Positions 14,172-19,987 of a stretch of 24,000 nt of DNA are shown here, piece by piece. Within the stretch, counting starts at the first letter, position 1, and the number at the start of each line of letters is the position of its first letter. The notes under the pieces were generated by a model that was not told the DNA's origin, did no database searches, and saw only the letters and a list, made by a program, of their open reading frames with translations. This DNA comes from Bacillus rubiinfantis (GTDB lineage: Bacteria > Bacillota > Bacilli > Bacillales > Cytobacillaceae), in contig CCFE01000011.1 of NCBI GenBank assembly GCA_000752035.1, positions 397,099 through 421,098 on the forward strand, written 5' to 3'. A program made the position numbers and the translations under genes.

Positions 14172-16958
14172 CTAAAAATCTTCGTCATCGCTTGCTACAG
14201 CAGCTAAGTAATCGTAAATATAGCCGATTTCTGCTGTATTGATTTTGACATTATAAATTGATTCTATGACACTAAAAGCCTCTTGGATGTATTTAATCAT
14301 CTCTTTTTGACACTGTTCGAAATTTTCAAGATGTTCATACGTATCAATCGGCGCCTGACGGATTAATCGCTCCACCAAACAGCTGACATGGACATAAAGG
14401 GCAACTTTTTTATCATTAGGCAGCCGTTGGTTTAGTCGAATTTCTAAACGATGGATAAACTCTTCCGCCTGGGAAAGAATTTTTTCCGAATCCAGTATCG
14501 TCAATGATTCAATCACTCGCTGCAGGGAAAAATTCCGAAGCAAATTATCATTAATTTCTTTATATCGTGCTTCCTCCATGATTGACAGAAAGATTTTCCG
14601 CATCGTCGCTTCGCCCTGACCTGAGATAATATCCTCCAGTGATAGATACGGTACATCGGCAATTCCCGGATTGGCTGTGCCCACAATTGCAAGAACGTCA
14701 TGCAGTTGAAAAATCGCCTCCGAGGACCCAAGTTCTTTTAAGCGCTCAAAATCATACGCCTGAACTTGGAGCGCTAAATCCGCTGGCATGCTTGCCTCCA
14801 GCAATTTTTGAATTTGCAAGGCCGTTCCCATGCCTGTTAGACAGGTGGTAATAATCACTTTTTCCTTCGCTTTTTCTGGGTAAATAATATTATATTCGGT
14901 TTGGTTGGCTTGGCGTAATTTTTCCAGCATCTCTTCTAAAAATAAATCCTGCTCCAGCATGCTGCCGAGGAATAACGCCATTTGTGTCGATACATTATTA
15001 ATGATCGCGACCGGTCCATTGAGCTGCTGTTTAAATTGGGCATGAATATCTTTTAAAGAGCCCATATCGACTAAGAGGATGAGCCCCTTCGAGATGTCGT
15101 GATGTTCAATATAATGGTAGACCTTCGCCGCTATTTCCTCTACAGAAATGTCTAGCGGCATATCAAAAGCCTCAAATACATTTTTCTTCAAGAGCCGATT
15201 AGCGACATTGGCAATACTGCTGGCGGTTGCATAGCCATGCGCGAGAATAATTGCCTTCACTTGTTGGTTGCTTCGTTCAATCGCGACACTCCGCAAATAA
15301 AGGCTGAGAAAGATTTCATCCATTTGTTCCAGTTTCACTTCTAATCTACTTTCTAACAGATGGACAAAATGGTTCGCCAGCTGCTGCTCGAGCTTATATG
15401 ATTCTTCAATATAGTTTGCCAGTTGTTCAATCATGCTCTCCTGTCTTTCATGCCAGCGCAAATCGGCATTGCCTTTGTAATAGAGGAAATGGGCAATGGC
15501 GTAAATACTATTGCCATTAAATTGAACGTGATAATTTGTCTCTAAAAATTGGATAATTTCTTGGACACTTATCGTCGTGAGTTCGAGCCAAACGCCGGCA
15601 TCCTCCTTTGACCCGGTAAAGATAAGCTGATCAAACAGCAGCTGAATACCTTGAAAAACTTTTTGCTCAAAGACAGCTGCCGTTAGTTTTTTTGCCTGGT
15701 GTTCTTCATATAACAGCAACAATTGTGCAAAACTTTTCTTAATCAATTGTACCTGCGAGAGGTTTGTCTCGGTTAATTGCTCCAGGGCAGCATCAGGGGC
15801 AATTACAATATCATGGTTCTGTTTTACTTTATAGTCGGTTTTGCGCAGTGTTTCTTCCAAAATTCGATCTGGAAGATGGTGTAACGTAATCCGCACCTCT
15901 TCTGCTTCGCGATTTTTCGCAAATGATGAACCGGCAATATATTGAATAGTGTTTTTCAAGTCACCCATATTTCCGGGATAATGATAGCTTGTTAACGCCT
16001 CGAGAATTCGGCGGGTCAGCTGAAGCGGTTTGCCCAATTTTTGTGCTTCCTGTAATAAAAACATGTAAACAAATTGGCGCTTCTCCTTTTCACCGCGCTC
16101 ATCCAAGCTCGGAATAGTGACGCGGATCGGAATCCGTCGCAGGAAGGTCGGTAAAAAGTTAGCGGCCAAATCCTCCGTTGTCGCAAAAATCAGACGGACG
16201 TTTGCGTGATGGTTGCCTTCACTTTCCCCCATGCGGCGGTACACGCCTTGGTCGAGAAATGTGAATAGTTTCTCCTGCCCCTCCGCATTCAGGCGATGGA
16301 CTTCATCTAAAAATAAAATTCCGCCATCCGCCGCGGCCAGCAAGCCATCCTTTGTTTTCTCCGCACCTGTAAACGCACCTTTGACATAACCAAATAGATT
16401 GCTTGACATCAGCTCCGGATTGTTGGCATATTGCGCACAGTTGAAGCTGATAAACGGGGCATTTTGGTCGATGATTCCCTTTTCAACACTGTAGCGATGG
16501 ATGAGGCCGGCGGTAAAGCTCTTGCCAACACCTGTCGGGCCGACGAGAATCAGCGGCAGGCCGGTTCCTGGATAATAGATAGACGTTTTAATTTGCTCAA
16601 TCGCCTTTTTCAGACTGCCATCAGCACCAATTAAACGAGAAAAAATATCATGCTCCTCTTCCCGCGGCTCCGGCTGTTGCGCCTGCAACTCTTGAAAACT
16701 TTGAAAAATATGAGTAGACAGCAGCGGGAAAAATTTCTGTTCAAAGGTCGAGCGGCTCAAAAAATAGACCGGCCGCGTGTTAATTTTTATCACTCTACCC
16801 TCTTCCACCAGCTGGTTAAGATAGTGACTTACCGTGTTGCGTTTGACAACAAAGCACGCAGACATGGAGCTTGCCGTCAGCTTTTCAGAAGGATTGTCCC
16901 AATCAAAGCTTGTCGTTTCTTGTTCTAAAAATGCCAGTAATCTTTCTTTCAGGCTCAT
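14172..16958 (-). CDS. LevR/ManR-type sigma-54-dependent transcriptional activator (HTH, AAA+ domain, then PRD / EIIA-like / EIIB-like / PRD)
   Basis: 928 aa. Walker A is GPTGVGKS, with the sigma-54 contact motif GAFTGA and GGILFLDEVHRL. The long C-terminal PRD/PTS-regulation region is typical of LevR. GGGGGTG RBS. Ends in ASDDEDF. Confidence 0.9.
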   Translation of the reverse strand: MSLKERLLAFLEQETTSFDWDNPSEKLTASSMSACFVVKRNTVSHYLNQLVEEGRVIKINTRPVYFLSRSTFEQKFFPLLSTHIFQSFQELQAQQPEPREEEHDIFSRLIGADGSLKKAIEQIKTSIYYPGTGLPLILVGPTGVGKSFTAGLIHRYSVEKGIIDQNAPFISFNCAQYANNPELMSSNLFGYVKGAFTGAEKTKDGLLAAADGGILFLDEVHRLNAEGQEKLFTFLDQGVYRRMGESEGNHHANVRLIFATTEDLAANFLPTFLRRIPIRVTIPSLDERGEKEKRQFVYMFLLQEAQKLGKPLQLTRRILEALTSYHYPGNMGDLKNTIQYIAGSSFAKNREAEEVRITLHHLPDRILEETLRKTDYKVKQNHDIVIAPDAALEQLTETNLSQVQLIKKSFAQLLLLYEEHQAKKLTAAVFEQKVFQGIQLLFDQLIFTGSKEDAGVWLELTTISVQEIIQFLETNYHVQFNGNSIYAIAHFLYYKGNADLRWHERQESMIEQLANYIEESYKLEQQLANHFVHLLESRLEVKLEQMDEIFLSLYLRSVAIERSNQQVKAIILAHGYATASSIANVANRLLKKNVFEAFDMPLDISVEEIAAKVYHYIEHHDISKGLILLVDMGSLKDIHAQFKQQLNGPVAIINNVSTQMALFLGSMLEQDLFLEEMLEKLRQANQTEYNIIYPEKAKEKVIITTCLTGMGTALQIQKLLEASMPADLALQVQAYDFERLKELGSSEAIFQLHDVLAIVGTANPGIADVPYLSLEDIISGQGEATMRKIFLSIMEEARYKEINDNLLRNFSLQRVIESLTILDSEKILSQAEEFIHRLEIRLNQRLPNDKKVALYVHVSCLVERLIRQAPIDTYEHLENFEQCQKEMIKYIQEAFSVIESIYNVKINTAEIGYIYDYLAAVASDDEDF

Positions 16959-17047
16959 AACATCACCCCCTAGAAAAGTAAAATCAGATAGATTAGTACC
17001 ATCTTAACATAAGTCATATAATGTTATAGGTTGAATTTTTGAAAATG

Positions 17048-17084
17048 CAAAAAGTGCCAGGCACCGTAAGTTGGTCCTGACACT
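17048..17084 (-). terminator. Candidate rho-independent terminator downstream (minus sense) of the ATTAGCGAAT array
   Basis: Minus strand reads AGUGUCAGG (17084..17076), a 14-nt loop, then CCUGGCACU (17061..17053), giving a 9-bp stem with one G-U pair, followed by U4-5. This would place the whole repeat array inside the 3' UTR of the dioxygenase transcript. Confidence 0.45.
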
Positions 17085-17135
17085 TGTTATTGGCTTAGAA
17101 AATTTTTTGCGAATTAAGTGGTTTTATGTGGATTT

Positions 17136-17412
17136 ATTAGCGGTTTTGAGCAGTTTATGAGCGAATTTAAACAGGATATTAGCGAATTTTAGAGTTTATT
17201 AGCGAATCCAAGCAGGATATTAGCGAATTTTAGAGTTTATTAGCGAATCCTAACAGGATATTAGCGAATTTATCAGTTTATTAGCGAATTCAAACAGGAT
17301 ATTAGCGAATTTTAGAGTTTATTAGCGAATCCAAGCAGGATATTAGCGAATTTATCAGTTTATTAGCGAATCCTAACAGGATATTAGCGAATTTCCAAAT
17401 ATATTAGCGAAT
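17136..17412 (+). repeat. Direct-repeat array of ATTAGCGAAT: 14 copies with alternating 21/20-bp spacing, giving a 41-bp higher-order unit
   Basis: Cores start at 17136, 17157 (ATGAGCGAAT), 17178, 17198, 17219, 17239, 17260, 17280, 17301, 17321, 17342, 17362, 17383 and 17403. The array ends 17 bp from the stop of the minus-strand dioxygenase gene. Confidence 0.9.
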
Positions 17413-17428
17413 CGAAAAAAGCGCCAGT

Positions 17429-18274
17429 TTAGATGACGAGCCTGATACGATTTCCCGAGGGATCACTGGTGAGATAGTCATCTCCTTGTTCTTGGATCGG
17501 TGCGCCGAGCTGCTTGAGCTTGGTGATGACCGTTTCCCTCCCATCAGCGTCATGGTAAACAATCGTATACGAGGCTAAACCGACACTGTTATCCGCCGGC
17601 TGTTTGGCTCCGATTCCCTGCCAGGTGTTAATCGCGATATGATGGTGATATCCGCTCGTTGAAAGGAACACGGCCTGTGGGTAATAGCTGACCACTTCGA
17701 AGCCGAGTCCATTTGTATAAAATTCCTGTGCTGCCTGCAAATCAGCAACATGGAGATGGATATGTCCCATAACGGTGCCCTCAGGTAAACCTGTCCATGC
17801 TTCATCACATTCTGAGAGAATCCCTTCTGAATCCAGCGGATCGGTCGCCATTTCGACAAGCCCATTTTTCCATTGCCATTCAGCTGCTGGACGGTCGCGA
17901 TAGACCTCAATCCCATTCCCGTCCGGATCATTGAGGTAAAGCGCCTCACTAACAAGATGATCTGCAGCTCCAAGCGGATAGCCCGTTTTTAGAATGTGTC
18001 GGAGGAAACGAGCGAAATCAGCCCTTGACGGCAGTAAAATTGCAAAATGGTAAAGTCCTGTTGTCCGCGGTTCTTTTGCAATGACATTGATGGGCTGTTC
18101 AAGCGTCAAGAGCGGTGTGCTGCCGTCAGCGGTCAGCACCGCTTTTTGCGCAGTTTGTTCTAAAACTTGGAAGCCAAGAATTTTTTGATAAAATTTTACG
18201 GAGGCGTTGAAATTTTTGACCTTAATGGTCACATCACTAACGTATACGGTTGGCTTTTGGTGGAAATGATTCAT
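17429..18274 (-). CDS. Two-domain VOC-family (glyoxalase / extradiol ring-cleavage dioxygenase) protein, CatE/Mhq-like
   Basis: 281 aa with two glyoxalase-like halves (VKFYQKILGFQVLE and QEFYTNGLGFEVVS) and the His/Glu metal-ligand pattern HFAILLP ... HIHLHV. GAGGT RBS. The overlapping 132-aa ORF is out of frame and rejected. Confidence 0.8.
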   Translation of the reverse strand: MNHFHQKPTVYVSDVTIKVKNFNASVKFYQKILGFQVLEQTAQKAVLTADGSTPLLTLEQPINVIAKEPRTTGLYHFAILLPSRADFARFLRHILKTGYPLGAADHLVSEALYLNDPDGNGIEVYRDRPAAEWQWKNGLVEMATDPLDSEGILSECDEAWTGLPEGTVMGHIHLHVADLQAAQEFYTNGLGFEVVSYYPQAVFLSTSGYHHHIAINTWQGIGAKQPADNSVGLASYTIVYHDADGRETVITKLKQLGAPIQEQGDDYLTSDPSGNRIRLVI

Positions 18275-18302
18275 TGTGGTACCTCACTTTCTTTTTAAAA
18301 AA

Positions 18303-18335
18303 TATCTCGATTTCATGATATTTTAAATTGAGATA
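18303..18335. promoter_or_regulatory. Operator-like inverted repeat upstream of the dioxygenase gene
   Basis: TATCTCGATTT (18303..18313), an 11-nt gap, then AAATTGAGATA (18325..18335). The 11-bp arms have one mismatch. It lies 29-61 bp upstream of the ATG at 18274. Confidence 0.3.
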
Positions 18336-18360
18336 AATGTAAAGTGAAAGTGGTCCATGG

Positions 18361-18465
18361 GCTACTTGTGGATAGCTCCACACTTCTTGCGCTTGTGTTC
18401 GCATTACTTGCGCTTGAGACCACGTTACTTGTGCTTAATCCCCACAGACCCTCTTACTTAAGCAT
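18361..18465 (+). repeat. Degenerate phased array of TTACTTGYGCTT-like words (5 copies, about 21-bp spacing)
   Basis: CTACTTGTGGAT (18362), CACTTCTTGCGCTTG (18381), ATTACTTGCGCTTG (18403), GTTACTTGTGCTTA (18424) and CTTACTTAAGCATA (18453). The track ORF 18344..18532 merely reads through it. Confidence 0.5.
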
Positions 18466-18564
18466 AGATATTATTGATAATTACAGAACTCTCCTAATGA
18501 TTTATTTACGGATTATAGTAACTGAACCTTAGAGAGCTCCGTCATATTAATAGGGGGTGTCACA

Positions 18565-18954
18565 ATGAAAAATCTTATAATAAGCCTAATTTTATTGATA
18601 TTTATTTTCAGTTTGACAGGATGTGCAGATGTTGGCACTAAAACCTCGATGTCAAAACATCCAGATGCTGAAGAGATATTGGGTCTTGATGAAAATGCAG
18701 ATATTTTTCAATGGGATGGATTAATTTACGAAACAAATATAGATTGGGTAAATGAGTTAAAACTCACAAAAAACGAACAGTTGGGTGAGATAACAGAATC
18801 ATTTTCAAACAGTGATGCTAAGAATTTTAAAAATGGTATGGCCAACAAATTACCTGTGGGCACAAAAATATATTCCGCTAAAGAAAGTGAAGGCATTTTA
18901 ATCGTAGAACATAATAATGAAGAAAAATATTATTTAGCATTAGTAGAAGGGTAG
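18565..18954 (+). CDS. Small lipoprotein of unknown function
   Basis: Signal peptide with lipobox LTGC (MKNLIISLILLIFIFSLTGCADV). GGGGGTG RBS 6 nt upstream. Confidence 0.7.
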   Translation: MKNLIISLILLIFIFSLTGCADVGTKTSMSKHPDAEEILGLDENADIFQWDGLIYETNIDWVNELKLTKNEQLGEITESFSNSDAKNFKNGMANKLPVGTKIYSAKESEGILIVEHNNEEKYYLALVEG

Positions 18955-18956
18955 CT

Positions 18957-19140
18957 AGTGATGATATAGGGTTCATGAGAACTAACCAGGGGATCGACTT
19001 CCTGATTCTGTCCTCATAAAGGGTTCATGAGAACTGTTTGGCGATCGCTCGATGGTGTTTTGTTCTCATAAAAGGTTTATGAGAACTATACTAGCCACGA
19101 CGAGTGGATATAGTTCTCATAGATAGTTTATGATGTAACT
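18957..19140. repeat. Roughly 52-bp tandem unit x3.5, built around a palindrome GTTCTCATAAA-N3-TTTATGAGAAC
   Basis: The right arms TT(C/T)ATGAGAAC start at 18972, 19024 and 19076, with a degenerate copy at 19127. The perfect 11-bp-arm palindrome is at 19062..19086. The array fills the whole gap between convergent stop codons (18954 and 19157). Confidence 0.75.
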
Positions 19141-19156
19141 CTTAGTATGTCTCTCA

Positions 19157-19987
19157 TCAAAACGGATTATAAAACCGACTTCCATCATAAAAGGTGACCC
19201 CTAGCGAAATCACTAGCAGCAGCACGAAAACAACCAGCGCCACGATGTCCACTTTTTGAAAGGGGCGGGCGCGGTACCAGGTGCGTTTCTTGTTTTTGCC
19301 GAAGCCGCGCAGCTCCATGGCGTTGCTGATGATTTCTATTTTATCAAGGCTTGAGAGAATCAACGGCACGATAATCGATGCAGCATTCTTGATTCGCTTC
19401 CACAGTTTTTCCTTCCGAGACATATCAATACCGCGGGCTTGCTGCGACAGGGCAATCGTGTGAAAATCGCGCTGCACATCGGGAATGTAGCGGAGCGCGA
19501 GCGCAACCGCATAGGCAATTCGATAGCTGACACCGATCTTGTTCAATGAAGCCGCAAACTCACTAGGGTTGGTCGTGACAATAAACAATAGCGCCGCGGG
19601 AATCACGGTAAAATACTTCAATGTGACATTCATTTGATAGAATAATTGCTCGAGCGTCAAAGAATAGCGCCCACCGCCAAGACCCGCGAGCACATGACTA
19701 GTCCCGTAAATCTTTACCCCTTCTTGCGGTGAAAAAGCATAGATAGCGAGATTATTAATCAATAGAAAGATTAGAATAAAATAGACGACAAAGGCGACTT
19801 CGGAGAACTTCACCTTAGAAATACGAAAAACAACGATGCTGAGTACAAACAAGAACAAGAGCACGCGCGTATCATAGGTCAACATTGCAATCGATGACCA
19901 AATCAAAAAACAAATCAGCTTGGTGACCCCGGTGAGCCGATGGACTGGTGACTGCCGTTCAATATAGGAAAGCATTTCTACTGCCAT
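19157..19987 (-). CDS. ecfT: ECF transporter transmembrane (T) component
   Basis: 276 aa. Has the typical EcfT/CbiQ layout and the conserved coupling-helix Ala-Arg-Gly motif (ALSQQARGID). Its start overlaps the stop of the upstream ATPase gene. Confidence 0.85.
   Translation of the reverse strand: MAVEMLSYIERQSPVHRLTGVTKLICFLIWSSIAMLTYDTRVLLFLFVLSIVVFRISKVKFSEVAFVVYFILIFLLINNLAIYAFSPQEGVKIYGTSHVLAGLGGGRYSLTLEQLFYQMNVTLKYFTVIPAALLFIVTTNPSEFAASLNKIGVSYRIAYAVALALRYIPDVQRDFHTIALSQQARGIDMSRKEKLWKRIKNAASIIVPLILSSLDKIEIISNAMELRGFGKNKKRTWYRARPFQKVDIVALVVFVLLLVISLGVTFYDGSRFYNPF

Noticed and set aside
17046-17062. A sigma-54-like CCTGGCAC-TTTTTGCAT on the minus strand upstream of the LevR-type gene.
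   Set aside because: The GG-to-GC distance is 10 nt instead of the invariant 12 (TGGCAC-N3-TTGCA rather than N5). It is more simply read as a terminator 3' arm plus U tract, with TTGCAT possibly serving as a sigma-A -35 box for the regulator gene.
17121-17135. DnaA-box-like TGTGGATTT (and TGTGGATAG at 18367..18375).
   Set aside because: These are single imperfect matches (7-8 of 9) with no clustering and no dnaA/dnaN context, which is expected by chance.
17130-17415. A CRISPR call for the decamer arrays (also 2370..2595 and 18957..19140).
   Set aside because: The repeats are only 10 bp (or about 25 bp and degenerate). The 'spacers' are 10-11 bp, or are themselves repeated or diverged copies. 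There are no cas genes and no leader. The periodicity of 20-21 or 52 bp is far from CRISPR geometry.
17575-17973. 132-aa minus-strand ORF nested in the dioxygenase gene.
   Set aside because: It is out of frame within a gene whose own frame shows clear VOC-domain motifs, and it has no independent start signals.
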